NCBI RefSeq assembly: GCF_006345805.1
Contig: NC_043014.1
Coordinates: 49,104,001-49,168,000, forward strand
DNA: 64,000 bases
Direction of reading: 5' to 3'
Source: Octopus sinensis
Lineage: Eukaryota
How positions within the stretch are numbered: the first letter of the stretch is position 1; each line of letters starts with the position of its first letter. The notes beneath the pieces were generated by a model. It worked only from the letters and a program-made list of their open reading frames with translations, was not told the origin of the DNA and did no database searches. Made by a program: the position numbers and the translations under genes. Shown here one piece after another: positions 11,449 to 23,384 of this stretch.

Positions 11449-12650
11449 ATCTTTTTCTCTTGGCTTTCTTGAAAAAATTCTGTAGTTTGTAAGATATTTT
11501 CTTCAATTTTGGCAATTTCAACCAATCAATGACGTCTATTGAGGTGAAAACATTATTTGACGTAAAATTTTCTGGCGTTGAAATATGAAAATGTCCCGCG
11601 TTTAAGAAACAGATTGGGTTTATTTACATTTCTGAAGTAAAAAAGATACCTTTCCCCTCACTCCTAACCCTAACCCTAACTCTAACCGTAAAACAGATTG
11701 AAATGCAATAGATCGATACTAGGGTCATAATTATGGGTGGACACTAAAGAGGGAACGGTTTTGTTATCCAGCTGTTTACGAGTGACCCGTCAGTTTATGG
11801 CCAATGGGTATCTTTTTTCTCATTAAAAAAAACAGGGACATTTTCATATGACGCCGCCATAAAATGTTACGGCAGAAATCGTTTTCACATCAATAGACGT
11901 CATTGATTGGTTGAAATTGCCGAAATGCAAGAAATTAAAGACCAAATATCTTACAAACTATAGAATTTTCTCAAGAAAGCCAAGAGAAAAACATGTTTTA
12001 TAAACACATTTTACCAGTATACGAAGTTTAAAATTTTTTAGTTACATAGAAATTATTTTAAAAAACTGCCGTTCAAACCGAAAAGATCCATGGCATTTTT
12101 TCACAGAATACTTTTACTTTATACTTTTAGTTGGTGGTGCAAAAACTGCTGCTGTTACCGTCTGAGATTACTTTAACAGATTTTATTACTTTTTCAATTT
12201 TTAATAGCTTGTGATGACCCTCCTCTTACGTTCTGGAAATTCATGAGTATCCTTTTCGCCATAACGGTGTCCCAACAGAGCTGAGTTTATTGACACGAAA
12301 TTGAGTTGACTCGAAATGGGAGAACCACATGCAACAAGTTGAAGGAACATGGGCCGGCATAACATTTCAGTAATAAACGAGGCTCTGGGAAACAACTCTT
12401 TTAAGGTTTAAGCTAATAAAACGGTGAAATGGGTAACAAAACATGGCAGACAATACAATTGTTTCGCTAGAAATGAAATTGTAAGATTCCTTCTGCATCT
12501 GTTAAAATCGAAGTTGCTTGTATAGTGCAGCGATTTTATAGAAGTTAAGTTGGTGAAGGTGGTGGTGCCTGTTATATGTATCCTTAAATCCTTAAAAATG
12601 TTTCAGCCCGAAGGTCGCGGCCATGCTGGGGCACCACTGCTGTATATATA

Positions 12651-13060
12651 CTCTTTTACTCTTTTACTTGTTTCAGTCATGTGACAGCGGCCATACTGGA
12701 GCACCGCCTTTAATCGAGCAACTCGACCCCGGGACTTATACTTTTGCAAGCCCAGTACTTATTCTATTGGTCTCTTTTGCCGAACCGCTAAGTAACGGGG
12801 ACGTAAACACACCAGCATCGGTTGTCAAGCAATGCTAGGGGGACAAACACAGACATACAAACACACACACGCATATATATATATATATACATATATACGA
12901 CAGGCTTCTTTCAGTTTCTGTCTACCAAATCTACTCACAAGGCTTTGGTCGGCCCGAGGCTATGGTAGAAGACGCTTGCCCAAGATTCCACACAGTGGGA
13001 CTGAACCCAAAACCATGTGGTTGGTAAACAAGCTACTTACCACACAGCCACTCATGCGCC
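12651..13060 (-). mobile_element. Full-length SINE; truncated equivalents at ~31587-31974 and ~46949-47336
   Basis: Reverse complement of the SINE at 10660, abutting a (TA)n tract. Confidence 0.88.
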
Positions 13061-13067
13061 TATATAT

Positions 13068-13143
<76 letters not shown>

Positions 13144-13146
13144 TAA

Positions 13147-13248
13147 TTTATTATAGAAGGAGCTTCTACAGGACTAGTACTGTTTCATTCAAGAGAATTT
13201 CTCTTGAATGAAACAGTACTAGTCCTGTAGAGCTCCTTCTATAATAAA
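13147..13248. repeat. ~102-bp near-perfect palindrome, unit 1 only
   Basis: Arm TTTATTATAGAAGGAGCTTCTACAGGACTAGTACTGTTTCATTCAAGAGAA, a 1-nt centre, then the reverse complement with one bulge. Confidence 0.95.
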
Positions 13249-13313
13249 TAATTTTACTCTGCTATGTATTGAGTACCTTACTTACTGTGGTTAACCCGGA
13301 TCAACCCGGGACC

Positions 13314-13363
<50 letters not shown>

Positions 13364-13381
13364 TAGTATATATATATATAT

Positions 13382-13686
13382 ACTAGCAGTATCGCCTGGC
13401 GTTGCTCGGGTTTGTAAGGGAAATAACTATATAAGCATTTTTAGAGAGTTACTTCCCTTATATAACCCGAGCAAAAATCATTAAAATGCGGAAAAATGAT
13501 GGTAAATTTTTTTTTAAATCGTAGACTCATCGTACACGCGCGCTAATACCCAGAAGGGCTCGATATGAATGACGACTATAAGATACCCGCTTTTTGGTTA
13601 AACTGCACCGCAAAATGTGGGAGTAGTTAGGAATCTAAATCGGAGGAGACAGAGTCTCACACACACAACTTGAATTTTATATATAA

Positions 13687-13690
<4 letters not shown>
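13382..13690. mobile_element. Non-autonomous Helitron-like element in a (TA)n tract; also at 32065-32371 and 47432-47740
   Basis: Starts ACTAGCAGTATCGCCTGGCGTTGCTCGGG and ends CACACAACTTGAATTTTATATATAAAGAT. No TIR or TSD. Confidence 0.5.
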
Positions 13691-13739
<49 letters not shown>

Positions 13740-13898
13740 AATTTAAATTTAAAATAATAAGAGTCAAAAATTGAATATCAATTTGATTTGTAAGAATTTA
13801 AAACCAGTGGTGTAGCATATAAGACCATTGCGGATCTTCTTCCAGCAGAATGGATGTCCAGTTACTGCCCTCCCTGTTATATAATAGTTTCAGTATTT

Positions 13899-14140
13899 AA
13901 GTGAAAGTATCTGACATTACAACAGAGAAATGTTTTTCTTTCACTTTTGACACGTAATACTGAAATAGTAGAGAAGATACGATATTGCTGTTGGCTCGCC
14001 CTAGGCAAGAAGTTATTATTTTTTTTTGCTCATGACACCACATGGACCCTAATCAAGTCTAGCAGAATGTATGTCCAGTTACAGTTCATCCCTGTTACAT
14101 AATAGTTTCATTTTAATAGTTTCAATATTAAAGTGAAAGT
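13899..14140. promoter_or_regulatory. Cluster of IRF-element/PRDM1-like motifs; also from 32574 and from 47939
   Basis: AAGTGAAAGT at 13899, inverted CTTTCACTTTT at 13938, AAAGTGAAAGT at 14130. These match the GAAANNGAAA IRF-E core. Function is inferred. Confidence 0.5.
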
Positions 14141-14159
14141 ATCTGACATTACAATAGAG

Positions 14160-15139
14160 GAATCTTTTCTGTTTGATGGACGGAATTTTCTAGTTAACTA
14201 AACAATTTCAAACTTCGTATACTGGTAGAATGTGTCAAAAGAAAACATTTTGTAAACAAAATTGAAAACAAAATTGTAATTCGTAACTTAAACGTAGTTT
14301 AATTTTACGAATTTTAACTCATGAAATCGCAGCATTCGAGCTCAAATTATTTACTGCGTCTAAAAACTCACACACACACGTCTTATTCATCCTTGTCTCT
14401 TCTGTCTTCTACATGTGCTAGAAATAACAGCTATATCTCATCAATCGATGAATTTCGTCGCCCAATAAAAATATTAACGATATTTTTTGAATATTTTCTT
14501 TATTTTTTTTTACCATGGTTTTGAAGGGACAGAAACAACAAAAACAAAACAATAATATGCCTAAATCGGTCTCGCGCGTGGAGTGTGAATAGTATTGTAA
14601 AAATTTGCGAAATATTTTTTCATAAAAGGATGCCCCAGCTTGTCGGAAGCTGTGATATAAATTGGGAAAAAAATCCTCGACACCAGTGCGTAATTGGTAC
14701 TTAATTATCGACCCCGAAACGATGAAACATTGACCCCTTCCCTTCTGGTTTATTTACCTTTTGTGCAAATTTGTTGCGGCAAGTGGCAAAACACGATCGT
14801 GTATGTGTGCGTATGTGTGAGTACGTATATGTCCGTTTGTATGTGTGTGTACGCTTATATATTAATTACTATGTGCTTGTGCAAATGTATATGCATGTGT
14901 TTGAGAGAGAGAGAGAGAGAATGTGTGTGTGTCGTGCGTCTGCTATATTTCTCTATCAATATCGATAACGCAGCAATGCTGGGATTTCATTGGTTAAAAT
15001 TCGTAAAATTAAACTACGTTTAACTTACAAATTACAATTTTGTTTACAATAATGTTTTCTTTTGACACATTCTACCAGTATACGAAGTTTCAAATTGTTT
15101 AGTTAACTAGAAAATTCATCCATCAAACAGAAAAGATCC
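14160..15139. mobile_element. 980-bp non-autonomous DNA transposon with ~165-bp TIRs and an 8-bp TSD (hAT-like)
   Basis: 14160-14336 is the reverse complement of 14975-15139. CAATAGAG flanks both ends (14152-14159, 15140-15147). An uninterrupted paralogous site is present at ~13899-13960. Confidence 0.88.
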
Positions 15140-16045
15140 CAATAGAGAGATGTTTTACTTTCACTTTTGACATGTAATACCGGTTAAACCAGTATTCGAG
15201 TAGTCAATGCGGAAGTAAAATGTTTTTACAGAAGTCTTTCACTTTTACTCATTTAGTTGGTGACATTAATGGGCGTTGATATTATTATCTGAGATTCCCA
15301 AAACAGTTTTTATTATTCTTATTATTTTCCCTCTTCAATCATTGGTTTTAAAATTCGTAAAATTAACTACGTTTAAGTTACAAATTACAATTTTGTTTAC
15401 AATAATGTTTTCTTTTGACACATTCTACCAGTATACGAAGTTTCAAATTGTTTAGTTAACTAGAAAATTGCGTCCACCAAACAGAAAAGATCCAATAGAG
15501 AGATGTTTTACTTTCACTTTTGACATGTGATATCGATTCACCAGTATTCGAGTAGGTCAATGCGGAAGTAAAATGTTTTACAGAAGTCTTTCACTTTTAC
15601 TCATTTAGTTGGTGACATTAACGGGCGTTGATATTATTATCTGAGATTCTCAAAACAGTTTTTATTATTTCTTAATTATTTTCCTCTTCAATCATTGGTT
15701 AAAATTCGTAAAATTAAACTACGTTTAAGTTACAAATTACAATTTTGTTTACAATAATGTTTTCTTTTGACACATTCTACCAGTATACGAAGTTTGAAAT
15801 TGTTTAGTTAACTAGAAAATTGCGTCCACCAAACAGAAAAGATCCCAATAGAGAGATGTTTTACTTTCACTTTTGACATGTGATATCGATTCACCAGTAT
15901 TCGAGTAGGTCAATGCGGAAGTAAAATGTTTTTACAGAAGTCTTTCACTTTTACTCATTTAGTTGGTGACATTAACGGGCGTTGATATTATTATCTGAGA
16001 TTCCCAAAACAGTTTTTATTATTTCTTAATTATTTTACTTCTCCA
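15140..16045. repeat. ~353-bp tandem repeat (IRF-site flank plus right TIR), 3 flank copies upstream of the copy-2 ATG exon
   Basis: AAAAGATCC ends at 15139, 15493 and 15845, each followed by TTTACTTTCACTTTTG and TCTTTCACTTTTAC. Confidence 0.92.
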
Positions 16046-16180
16046 ATCTCGACTGTTTTACTTTATTAATCCCTTCACAACTTCCAGCATTCCAATAGGA
16101 CCTGGTTTCCAGAGAGGAACACTTGCACAAAAAGTGACACACTCTCTCTGTATATAATATTCGTTGCCATATATTTACCC

Positions 16181-16189
16181 TTCTGAGAA
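16181..16189. promoter_or_regulatory. GAS/STAT-like motif TTCTGAGAA; also at 34176-34184 and 49541-49549
   Basis: Exact TTC-N3-GAA about 180 bp before the ATG. A TATA-like TATATAA lies ~30 bp upstream. Function is inferred. Confidence 0.4.
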
Positions 16190-16366
16190 GCTTGGATAGA
16201 GATTGGATATAGATATTGACTGTTATAATTCATTATATCATTTCTACAAATTGACCTTTCTTCATTTCACGAATACAACAGAAAGCATAATTTCACAAAA
16301 AGAAAACGTACAAATTTTGTTGTCCAAAGAAAATTTGCCTTTTTATACACACACAGCTATAAAGGA

Positions 16367-16417
16367 ATGGCTGAAGAAATGCAGAAAATAACTGGGGAAA
16401 TGCAGGAAATTCTACTG
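16367..16417 (+). CDS. First coding exon of TPR gene copy 2 (MAEEMQKITGEMQEILL)
   Basis: GGAATGGCT start context, 17 codons, canonical donor CTG|GTGAGT in phase 0. This matches the phase-0 acceptor at 24974. Confidence 0.8.
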
Positions 16418-16457
16418 GTGAGTATATCAATACATACACTCGCTTGAACAAATGTAC

Positions 16458-16795
16458 ACTCTTTACTCTCTCTTTTACTTGTTTCAGTCATTTGACTGCG
16501 GCCATGCTGGAGCACCGCCTTTAATCGAGCAACTCGACCCCGGGACTTATTCTTTTGTAAGCCCAGTACTTATTCTATCGGTCTCTTTTGCCGAACCGCT
16601 AGGTAACGGGGACATCGGTTGTCATGCACACACACTCAAACATATACATATATACGACGGGCTTCTTTCAGTTTCCGTTTACCAAATCACAAAGCTATAG
16701 TAGAAGACACTTGCCCAAGATGCCATGCAGTGGGACTGAACCCGGAGCCATGTGGTTGGTAAGCATGCTACTTACCACACAGCCACTCCAGCGCC
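16458..16795 (-). mobile_element. SINE at the start of the intron; also ~49818-50154, and a remnant at ~34432-34528
   Basis: Reverse complement of the SINE family, with head GGCGCTGGAGTGGCTGTGTGGTAAG and tail GACTGAAACAAGTAAAAGAG. Confidence 0.88.
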
Positions 16796-16812
16796 TATAT
16801 ATATATATATAT

Positions 16813-19800
16813 CGTCCCAGATGCGATAACACTTGTTCTGCGTAACTTATCAAGTCTGACAACTTCCGACAGTGTACAAAAGCGTGCTGGACGGTTTCAT
16901 CGTCCAACCCGCATCTTGGACAAGTCGGTGGCACTGAAATTCCGTGCCGCGATAACTTCTCGCGAACAGGTAAAGCATTCCTATAACACTGCCAGGCCAG
17001 GGATCTTTGGAAATTATCCAAATACCCCGTCCTGAAAGTCTTTTTAAACAGGTTGGTAAGCTGGTCTTCGTCAAACCCCAGAGCCCCTCCTAGGACGTCG
17101 TCGTTCTTTGCCTCTACCAGCCTGCTATAAAATACCGAGGTGGTATTTCCGCAGCCGGCCTTGCCCGCCTTGTGGATCAGCGTGAGTGCCTGTCGGCACT
17201 CCTTTTGCCATAAAGTCAGATTCCGTCTTTTGATGCGACCGGGTTTAAAATTCACTAAGGAAGCCGGTCTCGGGAAAAATTCCCCTGCCAGCGGACTCCA
17301 CACCTTATCACCCTCCAGGTGGTGCCAGAGATGCTTCAGCCTCAACGCATGCCTGCGCATCATCAACCAAGGCATTCCTAACCCACCCTTTAACGGTTCC
17401 TGGCAGCAAACGGAGCGCCTCACAAGTGGCTTTCCTCCCTTCCACAAAAAGCGGAAAAGGATTCGCTCCAACTTGCTAAGCCATGAATCGGGGCAAGGGA
17501 CAGCGGTCAGGCGGTAAGTGATTACAGATGCAATGAACATCTGTGCCACCTCCGCCCTTCCTTTCAAGGACAGAGACCTTCCGGACCAGGTCCGTACTAT
17601 GGCCTCCACCTTGTTCGTCACCTCACTCCAATTCCTCTCCGTTTGGGAGTCTGACCCAAACCAAACTCCTAGCAACTTAACAACCACAGTGTCACGACAC
17701 TGGACGATATCGACTTGCTCCTCCAGGTGCCGAGGCGCAAGCCAACCGACTTGTCCTTGTTAACCCTTGCTCCTGCCACCGCCTCGTATCCTCTGATAGC
17801 ATCTTCTACACAAGGTAGCTGGGCCTCATTGGACACGATGAGGGTGACGTCATCCGCATAAGCAGTAACCGTCCTCCCACCTCCGATCTCATCCGGGTTA
17901 CTTCCCAGCCTCTCCAACTTTCGCAGCAATGGCTCGAGAGCCAACACGTATAAAAGTGGTGACAAGAGGCACCCTTGACGAACTGAACATTCGATCGAAA
18001 ACGGTTCCGTTAGGTATCCGTTTATCTGGACGGTGGACTTGATGCCGTTATACATAGCGGAGATCCAACCGCGAAATTCAGGGCCCAGTCCAGCCGCTTC
18101 GAGGACCGTCGCCAGGTACTTATGGTCTACCCTATCGAACGCTTTACTTTGGTCTAAATGGACCATTACCCCGCCCTTGCCGGTTAATTTACCCACCCTA
18201 TCTAAGGTGTAGCGTATAAGGTGAATATTGTCCTGGATCGACCTGCCTGGAATTGCACATGTCTGTGCTTTCCCTACAAGTTTCTCCACGACAATCGTCA
18301 ACCTTTTTGCCAACACCTTGGCCAAAATCTTTAACTCTACATTAAGTAGAGTTATGGGCCTGTAATTACTAATGTTATCCCCCTTGCTCGGGTCTTTCTG
18401 GATTAGCGTCACCACTCCCCGGCTTACAGAACTGGGAATTCTCCCATTCTGCTGCCAGTTCGCGTAGACGCCTGCCATTATTCCCCCGAACAAGTCCGGC
18501 ATACTTTGGTAAAACTCGTAGGGCAGACCATCCAACCCCGGCGACTTCTCCCCGGCGCATCCAGCCAGTATCCCCTCTATCTCCGCGGGAGTGATCGCTC
18601 CTTCACAGCACTCCACCTCACGCCCCGAGAGCCGCGGTCCGCCGGCTAGGAAGTCCTTTAAGGCCCTCCCCCGTTCCGGCGCCACACCACCCCCGAACAC
18701 GCGGGCGAAATGATGGTGAAGAAACTTTTGCATCTCCTCCTGTCCATAGATCTTTTGTCCCTGTTCGTCAGTTAAAGACTTGATTGAAGCTTTGTTACCT
18801 CTCTGACTCTCCACTCGACGGGCCCATCCGGCAACGTTAATACCTTCTCGTTTCCCAGCGCGTAGCTTAGCTCTGACTCTGCAACCTTCGTGTTTGGAGT
18901 TAAGGTGACGGTACAATACCGTCCTTGCCGCCATCACTCCGGATGCAGAGCCAGCTTCCATTGCCTCGTTTAGATTCTTAACTAAATTGTCCTCTATCCT
19001 AGACCTATCTAACCTTAGCTGATTGCTAAATCTAATGGACTCTGAACGAATGGCTCTTTTGAGGGAGTGCCACCATCTATTGTTAATGATGGTGCCACAC
19101 AATGCCCTCTGTACTAACACCTTAATCCGGGTACGGAAGTCTTCACAATTCAAAATAGACTTGTTCAGCTTCCAGTACCCGGGTCCCTGTCTATGGCACT
19201 TATCTAATTGCACCCTACAAGTCACAAATTTGTGATCCGTGTAAGGCACAATGTGAAACTGTGGACAACTAAACGTATCCTTATCTCTTTTCCTAACGAA
19301 TATCCGATCTATATACGATGTGTGAGCCGTCGTTGTTACTCCACGTCCACTGTTAACGGTCCACTAGATCAAAGCTCTCTAGTAGACCCTTGAGGCTAGG
19401 TTTCCCCTTCCTATTGGTTGAGCCAACACTGTCGACCCGCGCTTCAAGGACAGTGTTAAAGTCCCCTACTAAGACTACCGTTTTCGACGTCGCTAAAAAG
19501 GGCTCCAGATTCCGAAAAAAACCCGCCTGCCTACACTCATTCGGAGCGTAGACAGCTACCAACCTGAAGGACTGTTTACTTACGTGGGTCACATCCAGAA
19601 CGACCAGCCTGCCTTCTGGGTCCAGAAAGACAGTACTTACCTGCAAGTCCAAGCTCTTCCTGATAAGGACTGCCACGCCTCTTCCTCTTCCTCGGCTAGG
19701 AGAAATAAATTTCTCAAAACCATTTAGAAGAGGCGAGAACGCTTGGGCCCCGTTCATCTTGGACTCGGTTACAATAGCTACATCCACTCCGTGTGTCGTG

Positions 19801-20432
19801 AGGTCGTTCAGGAAATAAATTTGTTTCCATTTCGACCCCATTCCACGCACATTTACGCAACCCAGCTTTGCCATTGTCGGTGAGAGAAAAAATAAACAAA
19901 CTTACGGTTGGGACAGGGAGCATGGCAGTTTAAATCTGCCTGCTTCCCCTTCTTCCTCCCTTGTGGTCGTAGCTGCAGGGCTCTTAACCGGCGTTGCCAT
20001 CGGGCTCTGGGTAGGTGTGGTTGCCGGGGTTATAATAAGTTTACCCTCCAGTATTTCCTTTGTTACATCTCTTATAAGATTATTCTTTAAATGTTCTTGT
20101 AGTGTTTTTTCCTTCCACTCGTCTTCCTTTATTTTTGCGAAGCGAGTGGTTGATTTTGTGTCTGTAGACTTACTGAATAGTTTAACTTTTGAAAATTTGA
20201 AATATTTGTACACCCTATCGTTCTTCTCGTCAAATGCTATAATCTTATCATTTTTTTTAAACAATTTTTTCAAATCTTGTTTTATGGGGAGGGGCTTGGC
20301 GAACTGTGTTCCAATGAATATAGTGCCGTGGGGGTAGGGCTGGGGAATTTGTTTTGTATGTATGTCTGCGGTGTTTGCTGATTTTTTCTTTGTTTGGGGA
20401 GGGGAGTCCAGGGTGTTATCTTTTTTTCTTTT
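16813..20432 (-). mobile_element. L1/Tx1-clade LINE, truncated at both ends and inactive, intronic and antisense
   Basis: APE endonuclease (NVRG, TE, GDFN, YIDRIF, TDH), RT (KSPGLDG, YRPITLLN, DQSKAFDRV, RQGCLLSP, YADD) and a C-terminal CPRC..ETVQHAFVHC motif. Stop plus frameshift at ~19250-19355 and a frameshift at ~17690. Confidence 0.95.
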
Positions 20433-21545
20433 TCAAATTGTTTAGTTAACTAGAAAATTCCGTCCACCAAACAGAAAAGATCCCAATGGAGAGATGTTTT
20501 ACTTTCACTTTTGACATGTGATATCGATTCACCAGTATTCGAGTAGGTCAATGCGGAAGTAAAATGTTTTTACAGAAGTCTTTCACATTTACTCATTTAG
20601 TTGGTGACATTAACGGGCGTTGATATTATTATCTGAGATTCCCAAAACAGTTTTTATTATTTCTTAATTATTTTCCCTCTTCAATCTCGACTATTTTACT
20701 TTATTAATCCCTTCACAACTTCCAGCATTCCAATAGGACCTGGTTTCCAGAGAGGAACACTTGCACAAAAAGTGACACTCTCTCTGTATATAATATTCGT
20801 TGCCATATATTTACCATTCTGAGAAGCTTGGATAGAGATTGGTTACAAATTTAAGTTACAAATTACAATTTTGTTTACAATAATGTTTTCTTTTGACACA
20901 TTCTACCAGTATACGAAGTTTGAAATTGTTTAGTTAACTAGAAAATTGCGTCCACCAAACAGAAAAGATCCCAATAGAGAGATGTTTTACTTTCACTTTT
21001 GACACGTAATACCGGTTAAACCAGAATTCGAGTAGGTCAATCCGGATATCACATGCTTTCAGAGAATTCTTTCACCTTTACTCATTTAGTTGGTGACATT
21101 AACGGGCGTTGATATTATTATCTGAGATTCCCAAAACAGTGTTTATTATTTCTTAATTATTTTCCCTCTTCAATCATTGGTTAAAATTCGTAAAATTAAA
21201 CTACGTTTAAGTTACAAATTACAATTTTGTTTACAATAATGTTTTCTTTTGACACATTCTACCAGTATACGGAGTTTCAAATTGTTTAGTTAACTAGAAA
21301 ATTCCGTCCATCAAACAGAAAAGATCCCAATAGAGAGATGTTTTACTTTCACTTTTGACATGTGATATCGATTCACCAGTATTCGAGTAGGTCAATGCGG
21401 AAGTAAAATGTTTTTACAGAAGTCTTTCACTTTTACTCATTTAGTTGGTGACATTAACGGGCGTTGATATTATTATCTGAGATTCCCAAAACAGTTTTTA
21501 TTATTTCTTAATTATTTTACTTCTCCAATCTCGACTGTTTTAGAA
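20433..21545. repeat. Intronic TIR+IRF-site array (3 copies) with a GAS-containing spacer
   Basis: AAAAGATCCC at ~20480, ~20968 and ~21323, each followed by TTTACTTTCACTTTTG. Confidence 0.9.
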
Positions 21546-22077
21546 TTTTAGAATTTTAACCTAACACAACTATAATAAGAGAAGAATAACCGATCCTAGA
21601 TTTGGTAGCGTAGCATCATCTAGTTATTAGCTTTCGAAAATGTTGTGGGGAAAATGAATTCCATTGTTTATTTAAATGGTTTTTCAGTTTCATTAAACAC
21701 ACATACACAAATGTATATACACTCTCACACGTTCTCCAGAGTCTACAGTGGGGTATACATACTCACGCACGCACACAGTCGAGTAATGGTAAAGGGTGTG
21801 CGTGTGCACACGCACACACGCAGAGTCAGAAACGCACGCACACACTTGATCGGGCGTGCGCACACAAAACACACACACACACACACTCACACACAGAATG
21901 TCTTCAATCTTATGCATTGTCAACTTGCGAAATACTTCTTACGTAGAATGTTTCCACAATAGAAAAGTTTCAAATTTTCTAAATAACCGATCCAATTTCT
22001 TTTCGAACCTATGATAAATTTGATAACCTGATATTATCCAAGCAATTACCCAAGCAATTAGAGGTCAAAAACTCCCT

Positions 22078-22508
22078 GGGATCTTTTCGGTTTGAACGGC
22101 AGTTTTTAACATAATTTCTAGGTAACTAAAAAATTTTAAACTTCGTATACTGGTAGAATGTGTTTATAAAACATCTTTTTCTCTTGGCTTTATTGAGAAA
22201 ATTCTATAGTTTGTAAGATATTTGTTGTTTTTTTTCTTCAATTTCTGCAATTTCAACCAATCAGTGACGTCTATTGAGTTAAAAAGCATTGTGTGCCGTA
22301 TGAATATGTCCCTCGTTTAAGAAACAGATTGGGTTTATTTACATTTGTGAAGAAAAAAAAGATACCCTTCCCCCACCCCTAACCCTGACCCTAACCCTAA
22401 CCCTAAAAGAGATTGAAATGCAATAGATCGATACTAGGGTCATAATTTTGGGTGACAATTTCATATGATACCGCTAGAAAAAACTGCCGTTCAAACCGAA
22501 AAGATCCC
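22078..22508. mobile_element. GGGATC-TIR MITE (unit 2)
   Basis: Paralogue of 2106-2528. Confidence 0.85.
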
Positions 22509-23384
22509 AAGCTGCTGCTAAAGTCTTATGACCGCTACAACAGCAATCAAAAAGATTCATTTTCTGTCGTGTTTTCGTGAGAAAAAAAAATGAACATCGA
22601 AGGGGAATAAATCTTTTATGGTTTGTGTATGATAGTTAAGGAAAGGTTGCCATGATTAATAAAACACGGGAGACAATATAAACGTGTGTTCCACAGAGTA
22701 ATTTCCCTTGAAATAAAATTGTAAAATTCCTTTTCTCTGTATTAAAATCGAGGGCAGCGTTTATATCTCTAAGTTTTTAGTATAGTGATGCAATTTTATA
22801 GAAGACTAGCAGTATAACCCGGCGTTGCTCGGGTTTCTTTCGACCCTTTAGAATTGGAATTTTTGAAAAGTAAAAATTTTGCATTATGTAGCTTGTTATT
22901 CTCTGAACATTTTTCTGGTTGAAATACACTGAGAAATGGCGACAGAGCAGTAAAAAAAATCGTCAAAATTAGGGATTTTCATAGAAAAAAAGCACCTTTT
23001 TGATGTTAACATGCTCCGATTTGAATTTTTTCTTCTACGGAAGGAAGAGCAAGCCTTCTTCTATCATACTCTCAATTTTGGTCAACTTGTGCCGCAGGGT
23101 CTCAGAGGAGATAGTGTCAGTTGAAGGCTACCAAACCTGCCATACACAGACAACTTCAGCTTTATATAGAGAGAGATTAATTGTACAGAAATATATAATT
23201 TCGCTGCTTTTCGGAGACGCGCGCACACACACATGTATGTATATATGAATATGTATAAATGTGTAGGTGAAAGTGTTTGTGTGCGTGTATATGTGTGTGT
23301 TATATACTTATAGGCGTAGTTGTGCGGTAAAAAGGTTGTTTCTCAACCCTGTGCCACAGGGTTCGATTTCAGTTTCCGCCTATA

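Noticed and set aside
14980-14990. NF-kB-like GGGATTTCAT site (duplicated at ~33651/33681 and ~49015/49045)
   Set aside because: Imperfect match, and it is part of the transposon TIR; too weak to call.
14160-16045. CRISPR-like or satellite interpretation of the ~353-bp arrays
   Set aside because: The units are long, have no unique spacers, and are traceable to a transposon TIR plus its flank in eukaryotic DNA.
19963-20337. Hydrophobic + strand ORF MVVAAGLLTGVAIGLW... as a membrane protein (also 352, 35358, 53304)
   Set aside because: It is the antisense shadow of the Thr/Pro/Lys-rich LINE ORF1 tail.
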